Of a stretch of 64,000 nt of DNA, positions 29,444 through 38,887 are shown in pieces (within the stretch, counting starts at the first letter, position 1; every line of letters starts with the position of its first letter). Where the stretch lies: NCBI GenBank assembly GCA_965226055.1, contig CBDDCA010000003.1, forward strand, positions 32,001-96,000, given 5' to 3'. A program made the translations under genes and the position numbers. The stretch comes from Spirochaetia bacterium. Lineage in GTDB: Bacteria > Spirochaetota > Spirochaetia > WTKD01 > G963693115. Under the pieces are notes generated by a model, which was given only the letters and a program-made list of their open reading frames with translations, did no database searches and was not told the origin of the DNA.

Positions 29444-30082
29444 TTAGTATGTAGATTCATCCATTGCTTCAAATTCTGCGATAGCATTTTCTGCTTTTTG
29501 TAGTTCACGTTGTATAATGGCATGATAATCTAAAGTATTTAATTTTATTCTAATATACTCATCTTCCCAGTACTGAATGGCTTCTAAGCTAAGAAATAAC
29601 TCGTTCATATTATCAATTTGTTCTACATACTGTAAAGATTCTTGCCAATATACATTTGCATATTCAAATAAAGCTATGGCTTTTTTTAAGCTAGCTATAT
29701 TTTCTTCTTTCCATGGAGCATTATAAAAATATACTTTTTCTCTTCCATATTTTTTGCCCCAGCTTAAATATAACTTGGTAAGCAACAGGTTTACATGTAA
29801 ATTAAAGTGGTTTCGATACCATTCCCATTCTTTTTTTGTGTTTATTCTTGCGAGAGCATTGAGTGGGTTTGCAAAATCAGAACGTAATACTTGTTCTAGC
29901 CAATGGATATTTTCTGCGAATTGTTCAGGATACATAGTAAGATGTCTGTGATAGAGCTCATATAACTGTTCTTTATATCGTAATCGATATCCAGGCCAAC
30001 TAAAGACAGTATAGGTAGCAGAGAACAGCAAAATGCACATAAATACTGGATACAAGAAATATTTTTTCATACTATAATACAT
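29444..30082 (-). CDS. Hypothetical exported helical protein
   Basis: Signal peptide-like N-terminus (start may be 30070); FANPLNAL motif; no recognised family. Confidence 0.75.
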   Translation of the reverse strand: MYYSMKKYFLYPVFMCILLFSATYTVFSWPGYRLRYKEQLYELYHRHLTMYPEQFAENIHWLEQVLRSDFANPLNALARINTKKEWEWYRNHFNLHVNLLLTKLYLSWGKKYGREKVYFYNAPWKEENIASLKKAIALFEYANVYWQESLQYVEQIDNMNELFLSLEAIQYWEDEYIRIKLNTLDYHAIIQRELQKAENAIAEFEAMDESTY

Positions 30083-30151
30083 GAGTATGGCATCTTTACA
30101 ATAAAAAGATACTATTATTATAAGTTCGGATACTCATACATAGAATAAAGC

Positions 30152-30177
30152 AAAAAAAGAGGTATTGCTCTATACCT
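30152..30177 (-). terminator. Intrinsic terminator downstream of tmk
   Basis: Minus strand AGGTAT-AGAGCA-ATACCT-C-T7. Confidence 0.55.
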
Positions 30178-30233
30178 AATTCCCAGAATCTAACTCACAG
30201 AAGGAGAAAGTGCAGTAAAAAGGTCGTCTCCCT

Positions 30234-30893
30234 CTATATTCCTAAATGTTTCTCTAAATAATTCATACACTGTTCAGTGAGTTCTTTAATTGGTTTATTT
30301 GCATCTAAATTACAGTGTTGTACATTACTCTGCTGTAATAATTGGTGTATAACGGTATGATATCGCTGATGCACTTTTTGTAAGGTAGTGATATTTTCAA
30401 CAGTAGTATGTATTTCTTGTTGTGTGCTATGTTTTCTGTGTTCTAAACGTTTCATTGATTCTTCTGGAGTAATATCAAGAAAGAATAGTATAGATGGTAA
30501 GGGAAAATCTTGGTTTAATTGCTCAACAAGTTTTTGTGTTTCTTCAGATACTCCCTGATATACATACGATGAAAACAAATATCTATCACACAATACTATA
30601 CTATTATTGTCTAGATGGGTATAAATACCATTCTCTCCATACAAATGTTCATGTCTATCAGCTGCAAATAGGTAAGTATAAGAGTTGCTGTGGATAGGAC
30701 GATTGCTATCATTTTTAGATAGCATATCATGGATAAACATGCCTATGGGCCCCGCACTTGGTTCATGAGTCTTAAATGCTGTATGATCTTTATTACTTAA
30801 AGACTGATGCACAGAATGAATCAAAGAGCTTTTTCCTGCTCCATCAATTCCTTCAAAAACAATGAATTTTTTTTCTATTTTTCCGTTAAACAT
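30234..30893 (-). CDS. tmk: Thymidylate kinase
   Basis: FEGIDGAGKS, LFAADR, CDRY..SSYVYQG. Confidence 0.96.
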   Translation of the reverse strand: MFNGKIEKKFIVFEGIDGAGKSSLIHSVHQSLSNKDHTAFKTHEPSAGPIGMFIHDMLSKNDSNRPIHSNSYTYLFAADRHEHLYGENGIYTHLDNNSIVLCDRYLFSSYVYQGVSEETQKLVEQLNQDFPLPSILFFLDITPEESMKRLEHRKHSTQQEIHTTVENITTLQKVHQRYHTVIHQLLQQSNVQHCNLDANKPIKELTEQCMNYLEKHLGI

Positions 30894-31006
30894 ATAAGTA
30901 GCTGTTATATAATGTATTATTTCTTATAATAATTATACTTCATTTTATATTATTTATCGTCATATAATGTATAATATAGAGTATAATAGGTTACTTATAG
31001 AAAATT

Positions 31007-34000
31007 ATGAGATTATTTCATCCACATTATCACACACTAGGCAAGACTCACAATAAAATTATCCCTCTTTTTATGTCACTTATTATATTAGTAGGCCTTG
31101 TATTGTGTTTGATTGTATTTAATATTACTTTGTTTTTTGTTAAAAATACAGTAAAAAATATTGAAAATACATTTGATATTACATTACAGTGGGATAAAAT
31201 ACTGTTTACTCCCGATGCATCGGTACATATATACGATCTTAGTGTTATTACAGAAAATTATGGATCAGAGCCTTTTTCTGCAGAACATATACAAATTCAG
31301 CTTAATGTAGCAACAATCATGAAAGTGATATTTAGTGCCTTTGATGATATTCCTATGCATCAGAGGCTAGATGTAGATAATAAATCGTTAGATTTTATTC
31401 TTATAAAATCAATACAACATATACAAGTTGATGATACAAAAGTAAACATAGCAATTCAGGAAGATATTACTACTATCAATAACATTATAGACAGTATGTT
31501 TAGTGGGCGCTTTTATCCAAAAAATGCTTCCTTATATATAAATAATTCATCGCTTCTTTATAAGTTCAATAATGGAAAAACAGAATTAGCTTCAGATCAA
31601 ATACATGTAAGATTGAATGAAGATACAGGAATAACAGTAGATAATTATCTTATAAGAGCTCAATTACACTTTCTTGCAAATCAATATAAAACAATTATAA
31701 GTGGAAACTCTTATATGTATGATGTAGAGAAAGTGTTATTCAAGCACACATTTCAAACCTCTGATATTCAGCTTAATCGTTATCTTACACTTATGCCTTT
31801 AGGTATTGTTGTTGATACTTTTTCTCAAGGAATCTCTGTGGGAGTGCATCAAAAAGATACGCTTCTTTTTAATGTAAGCAGTTCTATTGAAAATACGCTC
31901 ATGCAAATATCTTCCTCTATATCCTCAGTATCACTAAAGGATATCGTTCGTTTTCGTGTGCCTTCTCAATTTGATACTTTACTAAACACTACATTAAATG
32001 GATATTTTAGCGGTAATTTTGATACAAAAGCAAATAAGGCTGACTATGTGTTTATATTAGAAAGTGAGCAAAATAAAAGTGATATGCATGTTAATATTAA
32101 CCTTGAAGGCAATGAGCAAATATTAGATATAAACAGCTTTTTATTAACATATCGTCAGCAAATTATTGATTGGGATGGATACTTGAATGTACAAACTATG
32201 GTGCCTTATGGAACAATAAAGAGTTACATTGACTCTCCTTTTGTAAGTATACCTCTCCATATGTCTATTGATTTCTCTTTTGAAACTGTATCAAATACTT
32301 CTAAAGCATATATTCATGACTTTAAGTTACATAGTATTCCTCAATCAAACTTCACTATAGCATTTAATTATACTACTGATGTTTTACAGGTGTACGAAGA
32401 AGGGAAAACAGCTCCTGTTATTCAGAGTAGGGTATATACTACACCAAGACAGCTTGTATCATCAATACGTGATGATTCTTATGTGCTACCGACAGAAAGA
32501 AATATATATTTAGAGATACATACATTAAACTTAAAAGTTATAGATGGATGGTTATTTAATAATGATACTGTTCAGATATTTTCGAATGTTACCATTAATG
32601 GAAATGTCAACATTACTACACTGCACAGTAAATTACAAAAAATTGATTATACCATAGATGTATACCATGAAACAAAAGATGACATCTCTTTTAAGAGTGA
32701 AGGAACATACACACTTAATGAAGGATTTCAAGCCAAAGGAGAGCTAGTACTCAATACTTCTCTCAATGTACAGTTTGAAACTACTGATGATGAAAAAAGA
32801 GTATTTTCTAACAACAATTTTCATATTCTCACCCAAGTTCAATACACTCTTCCAGCATTTAATGATACAGTAGATATACGTGCTATCACAAACGAGAATG
32901 AAGTTAATCAGCTTGAAACAGAGAGTAATAAAAATATAGCGTTTACCACATTTCAAGATACTTTTGTACTGCATGGTACTGTTGCAAAAGAATCAATATC
33001 AGTATACCTTGATAATGTTTTTTCTACAGTCATTAATTTTGATACAACTGATATTAGCAACATATTTATTAGTTTTGATAAATTTACTCTGTCAGGGTTT
33101 AAGAATACATTGGATGGAGATATGAGTATTGTATTTCATCAAAATACTGTTTCTTATATTGAATCACAAATAACAGTATCAAATGATAACTTTATTGTGT
33201 TCCAGACAGATGTGTTATATGAAAATCATACTGGCACAATACAAAATTTAATTCTTGCTTCCGAAGATGATATATTTCGGGGTACAGGAATATTTATTCA
33301 TGATGATAATGGCAAAGGATTTAGCTTTGAGGTAACCGAAGCTAATCATAATGCCGCTCGTATAAATGATGATCTAAGAAAAGTATACGGCTCATTTAAC
33401 TCATTGAGTAATACTGTACGTATTCATATACATAATCTCACTACCTCTCTTTTTACTAAAAGAGTAGATGGAGTAATCAATGCTACCTTAGACATTAATC
33501 TTGATCTATCGTATATATTTCTCAGTATTGAAAACATTGATGTAACGATGGTAGCTTCAAATGATAGGTATATAGTAAATGGTAAAGCAAGTATGAATAA
33601 TAATGAGCTTCAATTACAACATATGCAAATTCAGAGGAATGATGTATTATACAAATTACACAGTGCATTATTTTCAAAGAAAACAGCCGAAATAGAGGCA
33701 CTTATTTCATCTGTACAAGAATCTTCGAATATACCTACAGTACATACACGTATTTCACTTTCAACACAAAATTCACTCATGGATCTACGATCGTTATTAC
33801 AGAAAACCACGAGCTTACCAATAGCAGAAGGAAAAATCACTATAACTCCTTTTTTTGAGACAGAGAGAAAATTTTCTCAAGATTTTACGCATACACTATT
33901 CTTTAAATCAAGTAGATATGTATCTACTTTTACAGAACAACAAAACAAATTGTATCTTACAAGAACTGTTGATGGAGCTATCAATGGAAAGATTGGAAAT

Positions 34001-35527
34001 CGTACTCTAGCATGGAATATGCTTGTGTCAGGCTCACTATTTGAAGATGATGTAAGAATGCGTTTTGATATCACTGATATTGATCTTGCGAGGTTGGTAT
34101 CTGAAGCATCAATACAAGAAATGTTACCTTTAACCGTATCTCAAGGGAAACTACAAGGAACATTTTTTATGAGAGGTACATTGAATGTACCACAATTCTA
34201 TGCCTCAGTAGAAGGGGCTGCTATTGAGTTATATTATCCACAATCAGAAGATACATATTCTATTGATACCTTCCCTATTAATATTAACAATAATCATATA
34301 AGCATTTCAAATGCTCTATTGACTACTACTGATGCAGCGGTACTTATCAGTGGAACTGGGTATCTTAATAATTATTCTTTTGGAAATCTGACACTTAATT
34401 TTTTCAGTCTTAAAAATTATCTCAGAATCTCTGAATTACCTCTTGCAAATGTAATGCTTACGGGGTTTGCAAAAGGTTCAGCTTCGTTGCATTTAGAACC
34501 ACAAACGATAAAAATAACAGGAGACATTTATCTTAAAAATACTTCTTTTTATATTATTGATGAAAGAGAAGAAGTAGCAGAGAGCAATATCACACATACA
34601 GATATAGATATTAATGTTCATTCTGAAAACAATGTTGTCTATTACTGGCCGAGCCCTACATTTCCTTTACTTAAAAGTAGTTTAGAAAAAGATCAAACAT
34701 TGAACATTCTGTATAATAGCTCGTTAGAGCTTATTGATCTACAAGGTACTATAACCTTACAAAGTGGGTTGATATATTATTTTAACAAAGGGTTTAAGAT
34801 TGTAAAAGGAAAGGTAGTGTTTAATAAAAAAATACAGGCTGTCCCTATTATTGAAGATTTTGAAGCAACATATCAAACAAGATTGAATAATCAAAGTTAT
34901 GTTATACAATTAAGCACACAAAGAAGTGCCTTTGATGACCTTGATTTTACTATAACAAGTACTCCATTACTATCTAATTTTGACCTCAATATTGTGCTAG
35001 GAACTTCTAATTTTGAAGATAATAATAGTGTAAATCAATCTTTTGATGATCCTTTTGATAATGTAAATAAAACCTTAGCTAGTTTTGGAGATCAATTAAG
35101 TAATATAGGTATATCTCAATTTGAACAAACACTTACAACAGCATTGGATATTGATTATCTTTCGTTTAAGACGAAAATTTTTAAGAATTTAGTAGAGTAC
35201 TCAAGTACTTCTGATATACAAAATAATAGTACCTTGTTAGCAAATACTACATTGGCATCTTTAGTAGATGGATCATCTATTGAAATTGGAAAATACATAG
35301 ATTTAGCGTATGTGAGTTTTATTCTTGAAATAAAAGAACGACAAGCGTTGTCTTTATCCGATCCTCTGTATGGTAGTTTTGCTTTTTCCCCTCAATTCAA
35401 TGTTGAAATTCCTACTCCTATTGTCAATGTCGGTTGGTCATTCAATTTTGCTTCTTTTATCAACAATAATACTGTAACTCAATATCCTCTCAATACCATT
35501 ACATTATCCTGGCAAAAAAGGTACTGA
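31007..35527 (+). CDS. tamB: TamB/AsmA-like translocation and assembly module protein
   Basis: 1506 aa with N-terminal TM anchor and beta-rich body, C-terminal IEIGKYI. Lies immediately upstream of bamA as in spirochaetes. Confidence 0.75.
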   Translation: MRLFHPHYHTLGKTHNKIIPLFMSLIILVGLVLCLIVFNITLFFVKNTVKNIENTFDITLQWDKILFTPDASVHIYDLSVITENYGSEPFSAEHIQIQLNVATIMKVIFSAFDDIPMHQRLDVDNKSLDFILIKSIQHIQVDDTKVNIAIQEDITTINNIIDSMFSGRFYPKNASLYINNSSLLYKFNNGKTELASDQIHVRLNEDTGITVDNYLIRAQLHFLANQYKTIISGNSYMYDVEKVLFKHTFQTSDIQLNRYLTLMPLGIVVDTFSQGISVGVHQKDTLLFNVSSSIENTLMQISSSISSVSLKDIVRFRVPSQFDTLLNTTLNGYFSGNFDTKANKADYVFILESEQNKSDMHVNINLEGNEQILDINSFLLTYRQQIIDWDGYLNVQTMVPYGTIKSYIDSPFVSIPLHMSIDFSFETVSNTSKAYIHDFKLHSIPQSNFTIAFNYTTDVLQVYEEGKTAPVIQSRVYTTPRQLVSSIRDDSYVLPTERNIYLEIHTLNLKVIDGWLFNNDTVQIFSNVTINGNVNITTLHSKLQKIDYTIDVYHETKDDISFKSEGTYTLNEGFQAKGELVLNTSLNVQFETTDDEKRVFSNNNFHILTQVQYTLPAFNDTVDIRAITNENEVNQLETESNKNIAFTTFQDTFVLHGTVAKESISVYLDNVFSTVINFDTTDISNIFISFDKFTLSGFKNTLDGDMSIVFHQNTVSYIESQITVSNDNFIVFQTDVLYENHTGTIQNLILASEDDIFRGTGIFIHDDNGKGFSFEVTEANHNAARINDDLRKVYGSFNSLSNTVRIHIHNLTTSLFTKRVDGVINATLDINLDLSYIFLSIENIDVTMVASNDRYIVNGKASMNNNELQLQHMQIQRNDVLYKLHSALFSKKTAEIEALISSVQESSNIPTVHTRISLSTQNSLMDLRSLLQKTTSLPIAEGKITITPFFETERKFSQDFTHTLFFKSSRYVSTFTEQQNKLYLTRTVDGAINGKIGNRTLAWNMLVSGSLFEDDVRMRFDITDIDLARLVSEASIQEMLPLTVSQGKLQGTFFMRGTLNVPQFYASVEGAAIELYYPQSEDTYSIDTFPININNNHISISNALLTTTDAAVLISGTGYLNNYSFGNLTLNFFSLKNYLRISELPLANVMLTGFAKGSASLHLEPQTIKITGDIYLKNTSFYIIDEREEVAESNITHTDIDINVHSENNVVYYWPSPTFPLLKSSLEKDQTLNILYNSSLELIDLQGTITLQSGLIYYFNKGFKIVKGKVVFNKKIQAVPIIEDFEATYQTRLNNQSYVIQLSTQRSAFDDLDFTITSTPLLSNFDLNIVLGTSNFEDNNSVNQSFDDPFDNVNKTLASFGDQLSNIGISQFEQTLTTALDIDYLSFKTKIFKNLVEYSSTSDIQNNSTLLANTTLASLVDGSSIEIGKYIDLAYVSFILEIKERQALSLSDPLYGSFAFSPQFNVEIPTPIVNVGWSFNFASFINNNTVTQYPLNTITLSWQKRY

Positions 35528-35599
35528 CATTAAATTATTTGTTTGATATAGTTAGAATAAGGTAGTAAATCTTTATAAAAGTACAAGGAAGGAGTTAGT

Positions 35600-38266
35600 T
35601 TGATTCTTAAAAAAAATGCTATAATAACCTCAATATCTATTGGTATATTTTTATTATACATACTAAATAATGCATATGCTCAGGACACTGGTACTACAAA
35701 CTCAGAAGATCCTAATTGGTTTTTGGATAAAAAAATTAGCTCATTTCAATATCAAGGGCTAAAAATAATTAGTCGTTCGGCAATGAACAATGTTTTGTCT
35801 GATTATATAGGAAAGAAATTTACATATGAAATATTACAGGAAATTCAAGGTATTTTATATGAACTTGATTTATTTCAGGAATTAACCCCTGAAGCAAGAA
35901 GAGGACCTAATGATGAGCTGGTGTTGTTTTTTTCTTTTGTTGAATATCCGAGTGTTTCCAGAATTAAATTTGTTGGCAATAAAAAAATAGGAGTAAGCTC
36001 GTTATTAGGAACTATTAGATTACGAAGAAATGAAATAGCCAATGAAAGAAAAATCAAAGAAGATGTTGAAGCTTTGAAGAAGTACTATTACGGACAAGGC
36101 TATCCTAAAACAGAAGTTGAGTATGAGCTTACCCCAGATATAACAGTTCCTGATCAAGTTGTTGTCACTTTTTATATAGCAGAAAATGAAAGAATATCTA
36201 TTACATCAATAAAATTTATTGGAAATAAACTATTTTCTCAACAGAAACTTGAAGGTATTATTAGCTCAAAAAAGAAATCTATTTTTTCTAGAGGCACATA
36301 CTCAGAAAGGCAAACAACAAATGATAGACGACTTATAGAAGAAGAATATGGAAAAAATGGATTTATTGATGCAAAGGTACTTGAGGTATTGATAGAGGAA
36401 TATCCTGATCCAAAAGCCTCTGAAAACACGAGTGTAGAACTTCAATTTATCATTCAAGAAGGGAAACGGTTTATGTTAGGCTCTATTGATTTTTCTGGCA
36501 ATACAATCTATACTTCTGATGAATTACGCAAGCTATTTTCTGTGAAAGAAGGGGATGTTCTTGATACATCAAAAATACAAAGAGGCTATGACAGAGTACG
36601 ATTGAAGTATTCTGATGAAGGATTTATGTTCAATCAGTACAGTATTCAAGAAAATAGAGATGATGTAGAAAGTAAAATGAACTATGTATTGCAAATTTTC
36701 GAGGCAGGACAAAGCCACGTAGAAAATATTATTATTCGAGGCAACATTGATACAAAAGATTTTGTTATTGAACGTGAACTAGGGTTTGAAGAAGGCGATC
36801 TTTTTACTGCACGTTTTGTCAATAATGCTCGTAATAATTTATTTAATACTCGTTATTTTCGTACTATTATTCCTGAAACAAAACCTGGTTCGGCTCCTGG
36901 CCTTATAGACTTAATTCTCAATTTAGAAGAAGATCGTACGCGTGATATCCGTCTCGGTATGACTTTTGGGGGAGCTTCTCAGTTTCCTATCAGTCTTTAC
37001 TTTAGCTGGAATCAGAATAACCTGTTCGGAAGAGGGCTTATTTGGAATAACAGTATAACAGCCTCTTTTTACGAGCAATCTATTAGAAGCTCTTTTATTG
37101 AACCACGTTTTCTTAATACAAATTTTTTATTAAGTGCATCGTTGAGTTTTAGCCATGAGCTTGTTGATAAAGTACCGCAGGATATTCTTTCTCCGTACCT
37201 CAATGCAAGTGCAAGCACTGTTAATTACGATCCTTATACTGGAAAATATGTATTTCCTGTTGATAAAACATACAAAGGAACGCAATACAAAGCAGGTGAT
37301 CCTTTTAAGGGTACTCCTACTGATGATGAAGTAGAAGAATTAGGATTAATCACTGATAGAAAGTATTTTTCTTCTTTTCTTAATTCAGTCAATAATAATT
37401 CTTTTATGAATTATGATATTTACCAAATTGGGGCTAGTGTTGGGTCAGGGTATACCTATAATACTCCTATTGGGGATGTAGGAGCAAGAGTAAGTGCAGG
37501 TCCTACTTTTTCGTATGTATATTATGATAAGTTTGCGTATAGAGCAGCAAATGTTCAAACAAGAAAGAATTTAGAAACATGGAAAGTATATAATAGCATA
37601 GGTATCAGCTTGTTCTTTGATAATCGAGATATATTTTTTATGCCAAGTAACGGATTTAGAGTGCAGCAGGATGTTATCTTTGTAGGAGGTCTTCTGTTTG
37701 GAGATTCACATTACATAAAAACAAGTACTTCAGCAGAAGCTCATTTCACACTATTTGATTGGCAAGTAGCAGAAAATTGGTCATGGAAGATGGTATTTGC
37801 TACTCAAACTACTTTTTCTACTATTTTGCCTCAATGGTATTATCCTCCAGGAACCTCATACGAAACAGATGGGCCTACTTTCAATCAAAAACTAAGGCTT
37901 AATGGAATATCAAATGCAAGAGGATGGTATAGAATATATAATGGTGAAGCATTATGGAATACTTGGTTTGAGCTTCGTATGCCACTCTATGAGACAGTTA
38001 TTTGGTGGGACCAAATATTTGAAGTTGCATCATTATGGACAAAATTGAATGACATTTATAATCAGGAAGATACTAATTATTACTTTACTCTTGGTTCAGG
38101 GTTTCGGTTTGTGTTGCGCCAATTTCCTTTAAGGATATATATTGCAAAACGTTTTTTAATTCAAAATAATGAATTAAAATGGCAAAGAGGAAATCTTTCC
38201 TCTTCAAATAGTTCCTCTGATACAGGAGGATTAGATCTTATTTTTGCTATATCAATTTTTGATTAA
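35600..38266 (+). CDS. bamA: Outer membrane protein assembly factor
   Basis: POTRA repeats (IKFVGNK, IIIRGNIDTKDFVIEREL), NQNNLFGRG, beta-barrel C-terminus. Confidence 0.95.
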   Translation: MILKKNAIITSISIGIFLLYILNNAYAQDTGTTNSEDPNWFLDKKISSFQYQGLKIISRSAMNNVLSDYIGKKFTYEILQEIQGILYELDLFQELTPEARRGPNDELVLFFSFVEYPSVSRIKFVGNKKIGVSSLLGTIRLRRNEIANERKIKEDVEALKKYYYGQGYPKTEVEYELTPDITVPDQVVVTFYIAENERISITSIKFIGNKLFSQQKLEGIISSKKKSIFSRGTYSERQTTNDRRLIEEEYGKNGFIDAKVLEVLIEEYPDPKASENTSVELQFIIQEGKRFMLGSIDFSGNTIYTSDELRKLFSVKEGDVLDTSKIQRGYDRVRLKYSDEGFMFNQYSIQENRDDVESKMNYVLQIFEAGQSHVENIIIRGNIDTKDFVIERELGFEEGDLFTARFVNNARNNLFNTRYFRTIIPETKPGSAPGLIDLILNLEEDRTRDIRLGMTFGGASQFPISLYFSWNQNNLFGRGLIWNNSITASFYEQSIRSSFIEPRFLNTNFLLSASLSFSHELVDKVPQDILSPYLNASASTVNYDPYTGKYVFPVDKTYKGTQYKAGDPFKGTPTDDEVEELGLITDRKYFSSFLNSVNNNSFMNYDIYQIGASVGSGYTYNTPIGDVGARVSAGPTFSYVYYDKFAYRAANVQTRKNLETWKVYNSIGISLFFDNRDIFFMPSNGFRVQQDVIFVGGLLFGDSHYIKTSTSAEAHFTLFDWQVAENWSWKMVFATQTTFSTILPQWYYPPGTSYETDGPTFNQKLRLNGISNARGWYRIYNGEALWNTWFELRMPLYETVIWWDQIFEVASLWTKLNDIYNQEDTNYYFTLGSGFRFVLRQFPLRIYIAKRFLIQNNELKWQRGNLSSSNSSSDTGGLDLIFAISIFD

Positions 38267-38271
38267 ATTGA

Positions 38272-38301
38272 TTGTAAATAGATAATAAATTACAGTATAA
38301 T
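38272..38301 (+). promoter_or_regulatory. Putative promoter directly before skp (leaderless geometry)
   Basis: TTGTAA-18 bp-TATAAT, ATG 6 nt after the -10, no Shine-Dalgarno. Confidence 0.45.
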
Positions 38302-38307
38302 CTAACC

Positions 38308-38847
38308 ATGATGAAATATAATATATTATTTGGCATTCTTTTTTGTCTTATATCTGTGTACTCACTCTCATCTCAAGAGCAAACAAATAATACTTCAATA
38401 TCCATTACAACGGTAGCTGTTATTGATATAAAAGTAATCTATGCTGCGTTTCCTAGTGAAGCCAGAGGATATAATAGCCTTATTGTCTTAAAAGAACAAT
38501 ATCAACAGGAGATTGACGATCAAATCGAAAGATTAAATATCATTAAACAAAGAAGAAAAAATGCTTTAGAGAATGGACTGTATGATGAAGCAGCAGACTA
38601 TGAAACTCAAATTACTAATCTGAGTAATTATATAAATGTACTCAGTGATAGAAGACAAGATGAGCTTATTAGATTAAGTAAATTACCTATATCTAAAAAT
38701 TTTCTGGACAGATTACAGAAAGCTATTGAGTTTGTTGCACAAGAAAATGGTTTTACTGTTGTCTTAAATACTGGAACAGAAGGGCTTCAATGGTGGGCTC
38801 CTGTTGTAGATATATCAGAAAAAGTGATAGAAAAACTAAAATCATAA
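38308..38847 (+). CDS. skp: OmpH/Skp periplasmic chaperone
   Basis: Signal peptide, VAVID, AIEFVAQENGFTVVL...VDISEKVI; follows bamA. Confidence 0.88.
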   Translation: MMKYNILFGILFCLISVYSLSSQEQTNNTSISITTVAVIDIKVIYAAFPSEARGYNSLIVLKEQYQQEIDDQIERLNIIKQRRKNALENGLYDEAADYETQITNLSNYINVLSDRRQDELIRLSKLPISKNFLDRLQKAIEFVAQENGFTVVLNTGTEGLQWWAPVVDISEKVIEKLKS

Positions 38848-38887
38848 GAAACTATGTATTTGTGCAATAGAAAGGATAATTATAATA

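Noticed and set aside
30178-30233. Slightly GC-richer stretch after tmk as a possible ncRNA
   Set aside because: No recognisable SRP, 6S or riboswitch motif and no convincing fold; treated as 3' UTR before the terminator.
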